Positions 8,865 through 19,185 of a stretch of 64,000 nucleotides of DNA are shown here, piece by piece. The notes under the pieces are model-generated. The model ran no database searches and had not been told where the DNA came from. It saw only the letters and a program-made list of their open reading frames with translations. A program made the position numbers and the translations under genes. This stretch comes from Mycobacteriales bacterium (GTDB lineage: Bacteria; Actinomycetota; Actinomycetes; BP-191). The DNA is taken from assembly GCA_035536235.1 (NCBI GenBank), contig DATLOQ010000119.1:9-64008 (forward strand), read 5' to 3'. Position 1 is the first letter of the stretch, and the number at the start of each line of letters is the position of its first letter.

Positions 8865-9713
8865 TCACCCGGCGCCGCCGCTGCCGGCGATCAGGACCAC
8901 GCCGGTGAGTGCGGCGACCACCCCCGCGACCTGTGACCGCCGCATCCGCTCGGCGAGCAGCCGACGCGCCAGCAACGCCGTGACGACGGGGTAGAGCGAG
9001 GCCAGCACCGCGACCACAGCCAGGTCGGCAGCCCCGCTGGCAGCCACGGCGTAAAGGCCGACCGCCCCGAGGTCGCACCCGCCGGCCAGTACGAGCGTCG
9101 GCACATCGGCGCGGCGGACGGTGAGGGGAGTACGACGCAGCGCGACCGTCGCAATGGTGAGGACCGCCCCGGTGGCCCGCATGACGGCGAGGACCGCCAG
9201 CGTGCTGCTGCCCTCGCCCGAAGTGGCCCGGTCGACGAGCACCAGCACGGAGCCGAAGCCCAGCGCGGCCAGGAACGCCAACCCGAACGCCGCACGGCTA
9301 GCGCCGCCATGGCGCAGGTCGAGACCGGAGGCCAGAACCACACCGGAAGCAGCGAGCAGGATCCCACCCGTGGCGAGCGCGCCCGGCCGGTCGCCCTGCG
9401 CCCAGGACACCACCACAGGCACGGCGACGCCGGTGGCGGCGATGGGCGCGACCACCCCCATCGTGCCCACCGCCAGCGCCTGGTAGAAGGCGCTGAGCGC
9501 GACGGCAATGGCTGCCCCCGCGCCGGCCGCGAGCAGCAGGTAGGGGCCGAACGGGGCGTCCCGGCGGAGCAGCAGCAGGCTGCCCGCCAGCACCAGTCCG
9601 ACCACCTGGACCACCGCCACGACGAGCAGCGCGGGGCAGCGGCGGCTGAGCACACCGCCGATGTAGTCGGCGGTCCCCCACAGCAGGCTGGAGACGAGGG
9701 CGAGGAGAGCCAC
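8865..9713 (-). CDS. EamA/DMT-family transporter.
   Basis: Highly hydrophobic ~280 aa with 10 predicted TM. In-frame GTG at 9713 is the first plausible start; the longer ORF to 10283 is antisense to the DUF3000 gene. Confidence 0.5.
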   Translation of the reverse strand: MALLALVSSLLWGTADYIGGVLSRRCPALLVVAVVQVVGLVLAGSLLLLRRDAPFGPYLLLAAGAGAAIAVALSAFYQALAVGTMGVVAPIAATGVAVPVVVSWAQGDRPGALATGGILLAASGVVLASGLDLRHGGASRAAFGLAFLAALGFGSVLVLVDRATSGEGSSTLAVLAVMRATGAVLTIATVALRRTPLTVRRADVPTLVLAGGCDLGAVGLYAVAASGAADLAVVAVLASLYPVVTALLARRLLAERMRRSQVAGVVAALTGVVLIAGSGGAG

Positions 9714-9803
9714 GACGATGACCCTACGGGCGACACGCCCGGCGCCAACGGGACGGCCCGGGGTTACCAGTCGCTGCGGCGGGTCCCACCTAGTGTGACG
9801 GCC

Positions 9804-10379
9804 ATGACGGTGGAGCCGGACGAGGCACCCGAGGCGTTCCGGTCGGCGGTGGCCGACCTGCGCGCGACGGAGGTCGACGTGGCCGTCACCATTCGGGAGA
9901 TCCCTGCGCCGGGCCGCCTGGCGCCGTACTCCTTCGCCCTCGCCGCCGAGGTGCTGCACGGAGACGACGAGCTGGCCGGCGGGCGCTTCGTCCTGTTGCA
10001 CGACCCAGCCGGCCAGGACGCCTGGGAGGGCACCTCGCGCATCGTCGCCTTCCTGTCCGCTGAGGTCGAGGAGGACATCGGCAACGACCCGCTGCTCCCC
10101 GAGGTCGGCTGGGCCTGGCTGCTCGACGCGCTGGCCGGGCACGACGCAGGCCACGTCGCCGCGGGCGGCACCGTCACGCGGACCTCGTCGTCGCGGTTCG
10201 GCATGATGGCCGGCGAGGACGACGGCTGCGACGTCGAGCTGCGCTGCTCGTGGACGCCGACCGGACCCTCGCTGGGGGCTCACCTGGCGGCCTTCTGCGA
10301 CGTGCTCTGCTCCATGGCTGGGCTGCCGCCGGCTTCGGCCGGCGTGGCGCGCCTGCCGCTGGGCCGCAGCAGGTCCTAG
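9804..10379 (+). CDS. DUF3000-family protein.
   Basis: MTVEPDEAPEAFRSAVADLRATEVDVAVTIREIPAPGRLAPYSFALAAEV... The first ~160 codons of the track ORF are antisense to the transporter. Confidence 0.5.
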   Translation: MTVEPDEAPEAFRSAVADLRATEVDVAVTIREIPAPGRLAPYSFALAAEVLHGDDELAGGRFVLLHDPAGQDAWEGTSRIVAFLSAEVEEDIGNDPLLPEVGWAWLLDALAGHDAGHVAAGGTVTRTSSSRFGMMAGEDDGCDVELRCSWTPTGPSLGAHLAAFCDVLCSMAGLPPASAGVARLPLGRSRS

Positions 10380-10385
10380 CGCCGG

Positions 10386-11501
10386 TCAGCCACCGGTGAG
10401 GGCCTCTTCCGCACGGGCCTCCTTGGTGACAGCGTCAGTGCCGGAGCTCGGTACGCCGACCGCGGGTCGGCCGCCCGTGGGGACGTGCGGGAGCCTCAGC
10501 TGGAGAACCGTGCCGGCGGCCGGCATCGAGGACACCTCCAGCGTGCCGCCAGCCAGGCGAGCCCGCTCCCGAAGCAGCCCCAGCCCGACATGGCGACCCT
10601 TCTGCGGTCGCACCAGCGCCAGGTCGAAGCCGGGACCGGCATCGAGGACGGTCGCCACGATGCCGGTCTCGTCGACGACGAGCTGGGCCTCCGCCCACTC
10701 CACGTCGGCATGCTTGACGACGTTGAGCAGCGCCTCCTGGAAGAACCGGTAGATCGTCACCGCGGTCGCCAGCGGGAGCGGGTGGGCGACGTCCGGCCAC
10801 GCCAGATCGACGCTGAGCCCGTAGCGCTGCTGCAGCTCGTCACGGAGGTCGGCGACCGCGCCGGCCAGGTCACCTTCGCGCAGGGCCGGGGGTCGCGTGC
10901 GCGCCATGACCGCACGCACCTGCTCCTCCGCGTCGTCGGCGTAGTCCGCTGCGCGCCGCACGCTCTCCGGATCCCCGTCGGAGAGGGAGGAGCGCGTGAG
11001 GGCCAGCGACTGCGCGACGGTGTCGTGCAGCTCGGCGGCCAGCTGACCGCGGGCGCCCTCCTCGGCCGCCACCAGCCCGGAGAGCAGCTCGAACATCCCG
11101 GCCGACGCCGTTTCCGCCGTACGTCGGTGCCGTTCGCCCACCTCGTCCGCCACCCGCGCCCGCAGCGCCAGCGCCTCGAAGGTGCGGGCGAGGTCGTCGA
11201 TCTCGGCACAGAACATCGAGCCGGTCGAGCGCACCCCGCTGTCGGGTTCGGCGCTGCGTTGGACAGCGATCGACCTCAGCGAGCGCAGGCGGGAGACCAG
11301 GCGCCTGGCCAGCACGGCGGCCAGGGCAGCGGCGATGACGGACACCGCGGCCCCTGCCATGAGTCCCCGCGCCAGCGAGCTCCACGGGGCCACTCCGGAG
11401 ATGACGAAGGTCAGCGCCGTCGCGGTGCCGACCGCGAGGCTGCACAGGAGCACCACCGATGCCGCGAGCACACCCAGTGGCAGCCTTGGGCCACGGCTCA
11501 T
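10386..11501 (-). CDS. Sensor histidine kinase, NarL-type (HisKA_3 / HATPase_c).
   Basis: ELHDTVAQSL H-box, two N-terminal TM helices, C-terminal ATPase region. Start at MSRGPRLPLGV (11501), overlapping the upstream gene by 4 bp. Confidence 0.75.
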   Translation of the reverse strand: MSRGPRLPLGVLAASVVLLCSLAVGTATALTFVISGVAPWSSLARGLMAGAAVSVIAAALAAVLARRLVSRLRSLRSIAVQRSAEPDSGVRSTGSMFCAEIDDLARTFEALALRARVADEVGERHRRTAETASAGMFELLSGLVAAEEGARGQLAAELHDTVAQSLALTRSSLSDGDPESVRRAADYADDAEEQVRAVMARTRPPALREGDLAGAVADLRDELQQRYGLSVDLAWPDVAHPLPLATAVTIYRFFQEALLNVVKHADVEWAEAQLVVDETGIVATVLDAGPGFDLALVRPQKGRHVGLGLLRERARLAGGTLEVSSMPAAGTVLQLRLPHVPTGGRPAVGVPSSGTDAVTKEARAEEALTGG

Positions 11502-12952
11502 GCCTGGTCCGCAAGGACACCGGTGGTCGTCCACTCCGTCGCGGCGCGGCCATGAGTCGGAGCGGTCGTGGGCTCCTTGGCTGCGGTCTCGGTCGCCACG
11601 GCTGCGCCGAGGCCGGGCTCAGCGGCGAGCACGATCGCCCCGAGCAGCGACGCCACGGCACGCTCCACGGCGTGCAGCTCGTCGACGATGTTGGTGACGT
11701 CGTGCGGACCGGTGGGAGAGGTGGCCAGCCGCGCCAGCCGGCCCGCCGACTCACGGAGGACGGTGAGGCTCGGCACGGTATGCGCACCGAGGTCCCCGAG
11801 GGCGCGCGCGGCCTCGTCGGCCGCGTCGGCGCGATCCAGGGCTGCGTCGCGAGAAGCGGTGAGGTCCGCGACGGACAGCCACGCCTCGGCCTGGCCGACG
11901 AGCACGTGCGCCAACGTGACCTCACGCCGGCCGAACCCGGCGGCGCCCCTCGGGCGCTGCGCATGCAGAACAGCCAGCGGGCTGTTGCTGTCGCCGAGCA
12001 CGGCGGAGCAGTACGGCCGGCCCTCGCTCATGCCGGTCGACACGCCGCGGTGCTCGACCGCGCGCACGGCCCACGGCTCGTTCAGCGCCGAAGAAGGGAC
12101 GCGGGCCCGCGACTTCACGCCGTACTCGTCTCCGGCGTAGCGCACCGGGCCGTCCGCGCCCATGAGGAGCAGCTCGACGTCCGCGCCGCCGAAGAGACGC
12201 GCCGCTGCCGTCAGCACCACCCGAGCAGAGGTGTCGACGCTCTGCCCGGTCGCCCGCTCCTGGCCTCTCGCCAGCTCGGTGAAGAGCCGGACCTCCGCGG
12301 CCCGCTGCGTCTGCTGGTCGTAGGAGAACCACAGCAGGAACATCGGGGCCAGCAAGCCGGACAGCCCGAGCGGAGCGTGGAGGACGAGCCAGCCGCCGAG
12401 GATGCCGACCGACGTGTTGCCCGCAGTGTGCAGCGCCGACATCGGCGCGGAGTCCCAGAGCAGCTCCGCCACACGACGGTGCGAGCTCGCTGCTATCGCG
12501 GCCGCGACAAGGAGGTGGTTCAGCAGCCAGAAGACGCCCATGCCGGCCGCGGCACCGATGATCCCCTCGCCGTTCCACACTGCCATCGCCACCGCCGCAC
12601 CGGTGGCGCAGGCGAACTGGGCGAGGTTGAAGGCGACTTTCAGCCGGGGCTGCCGGCGGGTCACCTGCGCCACGAGCACCCCGAGGAGGACCGCCAGGAC
12701 GATCCAGGAGCCTGGAGCGAAGACCAAGGACGCGCCGATCGCCCCATCTGTGCACGAGAAGGAGTAACGCTGGCGACCGAAGGTCAGGTGGACGACGGCT
12801 AGCTCACTGCCAGCGATCACCAGGCCCAGAACCGGAACTGCCCACCAGGCTGGCCGACCCCAATCGGTGACGGCCACGGTTAGCGCTGCCCCCACGAAGG
12901 CGAGCCAGCCGAGTGCGGTCACGCCCTGGGGCGGCGACATCCGGGCGATCAT
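11498..12952 (-). CDS. Integral membrane protein (~6 TM) with a cytoplasmic GAF-like domain. Putative accessory sensor, co-transcribed with the kinase.
   Basis: N-terminal 200 aa are strongly hydrophobic. The C-terminal region (ARVVLTAAARLFGGADVELLLMGADGPVRYAGDEYG...) is GAF-like. 4-bp overlap with the kinase start. Confidence 0.5.
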   Translation of the reverse strand: MIARMSPPQGVTALGWLAFVGAALTVAVTDWGRPAWWAVPVLGLVIAGSELAVVHLTFGRQRYSFSCTDGAIGASLVFAPGSWIVLAVLLGVLVAQVTRRQPRLKVAFNLAQFACATGAAVAMAVWNGEGIIGAAAGMGVFWLLNHLLVAAAIAASSHRRVAELLWDSAPMSALHTAGNTSVGILGGWLVLHAPLGLSGLLAPMFLLWFSYDQQTQRAAEVRLFTELARGQERATGQSVDTSARVVLTAAARLFGGADVELLLMGADGPVRYAGDEYGVKSRARVPSSALNEPWAVRAVEHRGVSTGMSEGRPYCSAVLGDSNSPLAVLHAQRPRGAAGFGRREVTLAHVLVGQAEAWLSVADLTASRDAALDRADAADEAARALGDLGAHTVPSLTVLRESAGRLARLATSPTGPHDVTNIVDELHAVERAVASLLGAIVLAAEPGLGAAVATETAAKEPTTAPTHGRAATEWTTTGVLADQA

Positions 12953-13297
12953 CCGACGTCACCGTCGCTGCTCGGCAACACGCTCCACGACCCCGCGCTC
13001 CAGGAGCCGGCCCTGATCGCGGCGGCGTAGTCGGAGGGGCGGCCGTAGTGGTGGGTGTTCACGGGCGACCCTTTCGGCGACATCGATGGCGGCACTGCTA
13101 CTCATCGGCACGCGGTCAAGCCGACTTTCGTGTCTGGCGGAACGACGTTGGGACGAATGTCTGCTGCCCGTTGCGCCGAATGGGTGAGAAGCAATCGCTA
13201 CAGGCGGCCCGGTGTTCCGCCGAAGCCATTTGCACACGCGAGGTTGGCATTGGGTCCGGCGCATTCGTCGTCTCCCCACGCCGAGGAGGAGGCATAC

Positions 13298-13966
13298 GTG
13301 ACGACCGCGACTGAGGCGCTCGGCAAGGTCGTGCAGACCGGCTTCACCGCAATGGTGGTCGACGATCATCCGCTCGTTCGCGAATCCATGGTGACCCGAC
13401 TGCGGGCCATGGGCGCCGTCGACGTCGTGGAGGCCGCCAGCATCGCCGAAGCTCGTGCGCGGGCCGGCACTGGTGTCCGTGATGTCTGCGTACTCGACCT
13501 CGGTCTCCCTGACGGCTCGGGCCTCGAGCTGCTCGCCGACCTGCGGTTGGCCGGCTGGACTCGGCTCATCGTGCTGTCCGCGGCCGACGACCCGTACTCG
13601 GTTCGATCAGCGTTCGTCGCAGGTGCGCAGGGCTACCTGCTCAAGTCTGCGTCGCCGCACGTCGTTGCCGACGGCGTACGCCGAGTGCTGGACGGCGGGG
13701 TCTACGCCGACCCCTCGGTTGCCTCTCTGCTCGCCCAGGGTCTCCGCTCCGGCACCTCCAGTGATGGCGTCGGGGAGCTCTCCGGACGCGAGATCGAAGT
13801 TCTGCAGCTCGTGGCAGACGGCCGGTCCAACAAGCAGGTCGGCGAGCTGCTCGGCCTCTCCGCACTGACGGTGAAGAGCCACTTGGCCCGCATCGCGCGC
13901 AAGCTCGGCACCGGCGACCGTGCCGAGATGGTCGCACTTGCCATGCGAGCAGGCGTCATCCGCTAG
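13298..13966 (+). CDS. LuxR/NarL-family response regulator (REC + HTH).
   Basis: MVVDDHPLVRE receiver start and a C-terminal LuxR HTH (EIEVLQLVADGRSNKQVGELLGLSALTVKSHL). GTG start at 13298 preceded by a GGAGGAGG SD. The upstream part of the track ORF has no domain content. Confidence 0.75.
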   Translation: MTTATEALGKVVQTGFTAMVVDDHPLVRESMVTRLRAMGAVDVVEAASIAEARARAGTGVRDVCVLDLGLPDGSGLELLADLRLAGWTRLIVLSAADDPYSVRSAFVAGAQGYLLKSASPHVVADGVRRVLDGGVYADPSVASLLAQGLRSGTSSDGVGELSGREIEVLQLVADGRSNKQVGELLGLSALTVKSHLARIARKLGTGDRAEMVALAMRAGVIR

Positions 13967-14014
13967 GGCAACAATCCGCCCGGAGACGCCTCCGCCGTAC
14001 TACGGTCAGCAGAA

Positions 14015-15280
14015 ATGACCGCTATCGAGGGCCGGACGCAACCGGTCGACGAAGCTCCGGAGCAGTCGCCTGACCCGCCGCCGCAGGTGTACCCGCTGCT
14101 CGAGCTCGCCGACGGGATCCCACCCGTCGTCTCCTCGGAACGCGGCCTGAAGCAGGCGGTCGCCATCCTCGCCGCTGGCACCGGGCCGGTGGCGATCGAC
14201 GCCGAGCGGGCGTCGGGCTACCGCTACGGACAGCGCTGCTATCTCGTCCAGCTGCGCCGGTACGGCTCCGGGTCAGTGCTCATCGACCCGATCGGCTGTC
14301 CGGACCTGTCCTCCCTCGATGCCGTCCTGGCTGACGTCGAGTGGGTGCTGCACGCGGCCAGTCAGGACCTGCCCTGCCTGGCCGAGATCGGGCTGCGCCC
14401 GCAGCTGCTCTTCGACACCGAGCTGGCCGCTCGGCTAGCGGGCCATGAGCGGGTGGGCCTCGCCACGATGGTCGAGAAGGTGCTCGGCAGGCGTCTCGAC
14501 AAGGGCAGCTCATCTGCGGACTGGTCGCAGCGCCCGCTCACCCCGGCCATGCTGCGCTACGCGGCACTCGATGTAGAGCCACTGGTGGAGCTTCGCGACC
14601 ACCTTGAGGAGGAGCTCGAGCAGCAGGGCAAGCTGTCGTGGGCGCTGGAGGAGTTCGCTGCGGTGGCCGCAGCACCGACAGCCCCCCCTCGGGTCGAGCC
14701 GTGGCGGCGTACGTCGGGGCTGCACCGGATCCGACAGGCCCGCCAGCTCGCCGGCGTGCGCGCGATGTGGGAGCTGCGCGACGACATCGCCCGGCGACGC
14801 GACATCGCGCCGGGCCGCATCCTCTCCGACGCGGCCATCGTCGACGCGGTCCTCAAAGCTCCCGCTTCGCCCGAAGAGCTGGCCACCGTTCCGCCGTTCA
14901 ACGGCAAGTCTCTCCGCCGGCAGGTGGGCATGTGGCACCGGGCGCTTGCTGAAGCAGCGGCACTGCCCGTCGATGCGCTTCCGCAAGCCCACGGCACGTC
15001 CGACGGTGGCCCACCCCCCGCACATCGCTGGCTGGAACGCGACCCCGTGGCTGCCGCCCGGTTGGCGCGGGTGCGGGGAGCCGTGGCCGCCATCGCGGCG
15101 CAGCACACCCTCCCGGTCGAGAACCTCGTCGAGCCGGCCGTCATCCGCCGGGTCGCCTGGAGTCCACCCGCGCCGCTCACGGTCGACGTCGTAGCGGCCA
15201 CCATGCACGAGCTCGGGGCGCGGACCTGGCAGATCGCCTTGACGGCCAAGGTCGTCGTCGAGGCACTTGCGGAGCCGTGA
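14015..15280 (+). CDS. rnd: Ribonuclease D (3'-5' exonuclease + HRDC).
   Basis: DEDD exonuclease motifs (AIDAERASGYRYGQRCYLVQL) and an HRDC-like C-terminus. Confidence 0.75.
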   Translation: MTAIEGRTQPVDEAPEQSPDPPPQVYPLLELADGIPPVVSSERGLKQAVAILAAGTGPVAIDAERASGYRYGQRCYLVQLRRYGSGSVLIDPIGCPDLSSLDAVLADVEWVLHAASQDLPCLAEIGLRPQLLFDTELAARLAGHERVGLATMVEKVLGRRLDKGSSSADWSQRPLTPAMLRYAALDVEPLVELRDHLEEELEQQGKLSWALEEFAAVAAAPTAPPRVEPWRRTSGLHRIRQARQLAGVRAMWELRDDIARRRDIAPGRILSDAAIVDAVLKAPASPEELATVPPFNGKSLRRQVGMWHRALAEAAALPVDALPQAHGTSDGGPPPAHRWLERDPVAAARLARVRGAVAAIAAQHTLPVENLVEPAVIRRVAWSPPAPLTVDVVAATMHELGARTWQIALTAKVVVEALAEP

Positions 15281-15813
15281 CATCCGGCGGCCCCACTGCG
15301 AGCCCGGCCGACGACGTCATCATCGAGACCGCCCGGCTGCGCCTCGTCCCGATCGACTACGCGTTGGCCGCCCGAATTCTGGTCGGGGATCTCAGTGGCC
15401 TGGTCTGTGCCCCAGGGTGGCCGACGCCGGACACGCCTGACGCGCTCGGGGCATTCGTCGAGCACGGCGACTCCGCCGCCTTTGGCGGGTGGCTGATCTG
15501 CCGAGGCGACGACCAGACGATCATCGGTGACTGCGGTTGGCGCGGCGGTCCGGACCGTTCCGGCGACGTGGAGATCGGCTACGGCTTGGCCGCCTCCGCT
15601 CGCGGGCTGGGTCTCGGGACCGAGGCGATCGGCGGACTCGTGTCGTGGATCCGCACACAGCCCGGGGTACGCCGAGTTATCGCCGAGACGCTGGCGGACA
15701 ACGTGGCCTCGCGACGCCTCCTCGAGCGCCTCGGCTTCTCGTGGACATCCGACGTCCTCCCGCACGTCTGGTATGCCCTCCCCGTCACGGCTTTGGAAGT
15801 TACCCGTCAGTAG
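15277..15813 (+). CDS. GNAT-family N-acetyltransferase.
   Basis: 178 aa with a GNAT-like core (RGLGLGTEAIGGLVSW). 4-bp overlap with rnd. Confidence 0.6.
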   Translation: MTSGGPTASPADDVIIETARLRLVPIDYALAARILVGDLSGLVCAPGWPTPDTPDALGAFVEHGDSAAFGGWLICRGDDQTIIGDCGWRGGPDRSGDVEIGYGLAASARGLGLGTEAIGGLVSWIRTQPGVRRVIAETLADNVASRRLLERLGFSWTSDVLPHVWYALPVTALEVTRQ

Positions 15814-15856
15814 GTAGGCTGCAGCCCCTTCAGCCCGACTGCAGCAAGGAGCTTCC

Positions 15857-17086
15857 GTGGGTGGCGGCAGCAGCGCCCGGCAAGTGCGGAACGTCGTCTT
15901 CGTCGACGGGCTGCGCACGCCGTTCGGCATCGGCAAGGCGACGGGGATGTACGCCGGCACACGAGCCGACGACCTAGTGGTGCGGGTCATCCGGGAGCTG
16001 CTGCGCCGCAACCCGAACCTGCCACCCGAACGGGTGGATGACGTGGCGATCGCGGCGACCACCCAGATCGGCGACCAGGGCCTGACGATCGGCCGGATGG
16101 CCGCTCTGCTCGCCGGGCTCCCCCAGTCCGTCCCTGGCTACGCCATCGACCGGATGTGCGCCGGCGCCATGACGGCGGTGACGACCTCGGCCAGCGGGAT
16201 CGGCATCGGCATGCAGGACGTCGTCATCGCTGGCGGAGTCGAGCACATGGGCCGCCATCCCATGGGCGAGGGCGTCGACCCCAACCCGCGCATCGTGAGC
16301 GAGCGCCTCGTCGACACCTCCGCCCTGGTCATGGGGGCGACCGCTGAGAACCTGCACGACCGGCTGCCCGACGTGACGCGTGAGCGGTGTGACGCGTTCG
16401 CCCTCGCGTCTCAGCACAAGGCCGCCGCCGCCATCGAAGCCGGCGTGATCGCTGAAGACCTGGCGCCGATGGCCACGTGGAGCGCGGCCGGCTGGGGTCT
16501 TGCGACAGCCGACGAGCCGCCACGCCCGGATACGACGCTGGCGGGACTCGCTGCCCTGCGCACGCCGTTCCGCGCCCATGGCCGGGTGACGGCGGGCAAC
16601 GCCGCCGGGATCAACGACGGTGCCACCGGCTGCATCCTCGCGGCCGAGGAGGTGGCCGCGGAGCTGGGCCTCACGGCGAAGATGCGGCTGGTCGGCTTCG
16701 GCTTCGCCGGGGTGGAGCCGGAGGTCATGGGAGTCGGGCCGATCCCCTCGACGGAGAAGGCCCTGGCCCGCTGCGGCCTGCAGATCTCCGACATCGGCGC
16801 GTTCGAGCTCAACGAGGCGTTCGCCGTGCAGGTGCTGGCCTTCTTCGACCACTTCGGGATTCCGGACGACGACAGGCGGGTCAACCCCTACGGCGGTGCC
16901 ATCGCCTTCGGCCACCCGCTCGCGTCCTCCGGCGTGCGGCTCATGACACAGCTCGCTCGCACCTTCGCTGCAGACCCGACCGTGCGCTACGGCATCACCG
17001 CGATGTGCGTCGGCATCGGCATGGGCGGCACGGTCATCTGGGAGAACACCCTGTGGAACGGGTCTGAGGGAGAGGCGACGTCGTGA
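15857..17086 (+). CDS. fadA: Acetyl-CoA C-acyltransferase (thiolase).
   Basis: Thiolase N-terminus (VVFVDGLRTPFG), catalytic Cys region and C-terminal active-site motifs. GTG start with an AGGAG SD. Confidence 0.85.
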   Translation: MGGGSSARQVRNVVFVDGLRTPFGIGKATGMYAGTRADDLVVRVIRELLRRNPNLPPERVDDVAIAATTQIGDQGLTIGRMAALLAGLPQSVPGYAIDRMCAGAMTAVTTSASGIGIGMQDVVIAGGVEHMGRHPMGEGVDPNPRIVSERLVDTSALVMGATAENLHDRLPDVTRERCDAFALASQHKAAAAIEAGVIAEDLAPMATWSAAGWGLATADEPPRPDTTLAGLAALRTPFRAHGRVTAGNAAGINDGATGCILAAEEVAAELGLTAKMRLVGFGFAGVEPEVMGVGPIPSTEKALARCGLQISDIGAFELNEAFAVQVLAFFDHFGIPDDDRRVNPYGGAIAFGHPLASSGVRLMTQLARTFAADPTVRYGITAMCVGIGMGGTVIWENTLWNGSEGEATS

Positions 17087-19185
17087 CCGCGGAGACCACA
17101 GGAGTGCAGGAGAGCGAGGTCGTCACGTCCGCCTTCGTCCGGTACGTCGACCTGCCCCGGCGCGCCGGGCGTGCTGCGCTGGTCACGCTGGACAACGGCT
17201 TCGATCACACCAAGCCCACCACGTTCGGGCCGGGTGGACTCCGCTCGATCGACGTCGCACTCGACGAGGTGCTGGGCCGCGAAGACCTCGTCGCCATCGC
17301 CGTGACCGGCAAGAAGTTCATCTTCGCGGTCGGCGCGGACCTCTCGGGAGTGCCCCAGATCACCTCGCGCGATCAGGCACGGGAGGTCGGCCGGCTGGGC
17401 CATCGGGTGTTCGCGCGACTGGCCGACTCCGCGGTGCCGACGTTTGCCCTGATCAACGGCGCGGCGATAGGCGGCGGCCTCGAGATCGCTCTCGCCTGTC
17501 ACTACCGCACCGTTTCGAGTGGCGCAGCGCCGATCGCGCTGCCGGAGTGCTTCCTCGGTCTGGTCCCCGGCTGGGGTGGTACGCAGCTCCTGCCGAACCT
17601 CATCGGCCCGGACAGCGCACTGCGGGTGATCGTGGACAACGCACTGAACTCGAACAAGACGCTGCGCGCCCCGCAAGCCCTCGATCTCGGCATCGCCGAC
17701 GTGATGTTCTCCCCCGCCGACTTCCTCGAGCGATCGCTCGAGTGGGTGGCCGACGTCGTGCACGGCGACGTCACCGTGAGCCGGCCGGCGATCGATCGGG
17801 GACCCGGGTGGGAGGAAGCCGTGGCCCGCGCCCGGGCCAGCGTCGACGCCCGCCTGCACGGTTCGGCACCCGCGCCACTGCGCGCGCTGGATCTCGTCGC
17901 ACTGGCCCGGACGGCGAGCCGCGAGGAAGGCTTCGCCGCCGAGGACGAGGCGCTGGCCGACCTGGTCATGGGCGACGAGCTCCGGGCCGGCCTCTACTCC
18001 TTCGACCTGACCCAGAAGCGGGCGCGACGTCCTGTCGGCGCCCCCCGCGAGGGCGCCCGGGCGATCACCAAGGTAGGCGTGGTCGGCGCCGGTCTGATGG
18101 CCGGCCAGCTGGCCCTGCTCTTCGCGCAGCGCCTCGAAGTGCCGGTGGTCCTCACGGACATCGACCAAGAGCGCCTCGACCGCGGCGTCGGCCACGTCCG
18201 TGACGAGATCGCCACGCTGCACACGAAAGGCCGCATCTCTGCCGACCGAGCGCGCCGGCTCCACGGCCTGGTAACGGGCTCACTGAGCTTCGACGCCTTC
18301 GCCGATGCGGACTTCGTGATCGAGGCGGTCTTCGAGGAGATGAAGGTGAAGCAGCAGGTCTTCGCCCAGGTCGAAGCAGCTGTCTCCGACTCCTGCATCC
18401 TGGCCACCAACACCTCCTCTCTGTCGATCACCGAGATGGCCTCACAGCTCTCGCACCCCGAGCGCGTTGTCGGCTTCCACTTCTTCAACCCGGTGGCCGT
18501 GCTCCCCCTGCTCGAGGTCGTCCGCGCCGAGAGAACGGACGACGCGACGCTGGCGACGGCGTTCGCCGTCGCGAAGTCACTGAAGAAGTCCGCCGTGCTG
18601 GTCAAGGACGCGCCCGCCTTCGTGGTCAACCGCCTGCTCACCCGCTTTCTGGGAGAGGTCACCCGAGCCGTCGACGAGGGCGCCCCCTTCGACGTCGCCG
18701 ACCATGCGCTCGACCCGCTCGGCCTGCCCATGTCGCCGTTCCTGCTGCTGGCCCTCGTCGGTCCAGCAGTGGGACTGCACGTCGCGAAGACCCTGCACGA
18801 GGCCTACCCCGACCGCTATTACGTCAGCGCCAACCTGGAGCGGCTCGTCGCCGCCGGCAAGCCGGGCATCTACACCTGGGGCGCCGACGGGCAGCAGGTC
18901 GACCCGGACGTGGCGGCGATGTTCGCGCCGCGGCCCGGGGCCCAGCCGCCGACGGGGGCCGAGGTACGTGACCGAGCTCTGGCGGCGCTGGCGCAGGAGA
19001 TCCGGCTCATGCTGGACGAGGGCGTCGTCGCCGAGGCACAGGACATCGACCTCTGCCTGCTGCTGGGTGCCGGCTGGCCTTTCCACAATGGCGGCATCAC
19101 CCCGTACCTCGATCGGACCGGGGTGTCCGAGAGGGTCAACGGCAGCCGATTCCTCCCGAGAGGCGTGGCCTCGCTCCCCGCCTGA
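17083..19185 (+). CDS. fadB: Fatty-acid oxidation complex alpha subunit (enoyl-CoA hydratase / 3-hydroxyacyl-CoA dehydrogenase).
   Basis: 700 aa with a crotonase N-domain, a 3HCDH NAD-binding motif (VGVVGAGLMAGQLA) and GTGA translational coupling with fadA. Confidence 0.85.
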   Translation: MTAETTGVQESEVVTSAFVRYVDLPRRAGRAALVTLDNGFDHTKPTTFGPGGLRSIDVALDEVLGREDLVAIAVTGKKFIFAVGADLSGVPQITSRDQAREVGRLGHRVFARLADSAVPTFALINGAAIGGGLEIALACHYRTVSSGAAPIALPECFLGLVPGWGGTQLLPNLIGPDSALRVIVDNALNSNKTLRAPQALDLGIADVMFSPADFLERSLEWVADVVHGDVTVSRPAIDRGPGWEEAVARARASVDARLHGSAPAPLRALDLVALARTASREEGFAAEDEALADLVMGDELRAGLYSFDLTQKRARRPVGAPREGARAITKVGVVGAGLMAGQLALLFAQRLEVPVVLTDIDQERLDRGVGHVRDEIATLHTKGRISADRARRLHGLVTGSLSFDAFADADFVIEAVFEEMKVKQQVFAQVEAAVSDSCILATNTSSLSITEMASQLSHPERVVGFHFFNPVAVLPLLEVVRAERTDDATLATAFAVAKSLKKSAVLVKDAPAFVVNRLLTRFLGEVTRAVDEGAPFDVADHALDPLGLPMSPFLLLALVGPAVGLHVAKTLHEAYPDRYYVSANLERLVAAGKPGIYTWGADGQQVDPDVAAMFAPRPGAQPPTGAEVRDRALAALAQEIRLMLDEGVVAEAQDIDLCLLLGAGWPFHNGGITPYLDRTGVSERVNGSRFLPRGVASLPA

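Noticed and set aside
8824-9078. N-terminal extension of the secreted hypothetical protein (ORF 8029..9078) and of the EamA gene (ORF 8865..10283)
   Set aside because: Extensions are Arg-rich with no signal peptide or TM logic and overlap neighbouring genes. Internal starts give sensible signal peptide / TM starts.
14557-16062. 501-aa minus-strand ORF spanning the rnd / GNAT / thiolase boundaries
   Set aside because: Crosses three independently supported plus-strand genes. Ser/Ala/Arg-rich artefact.
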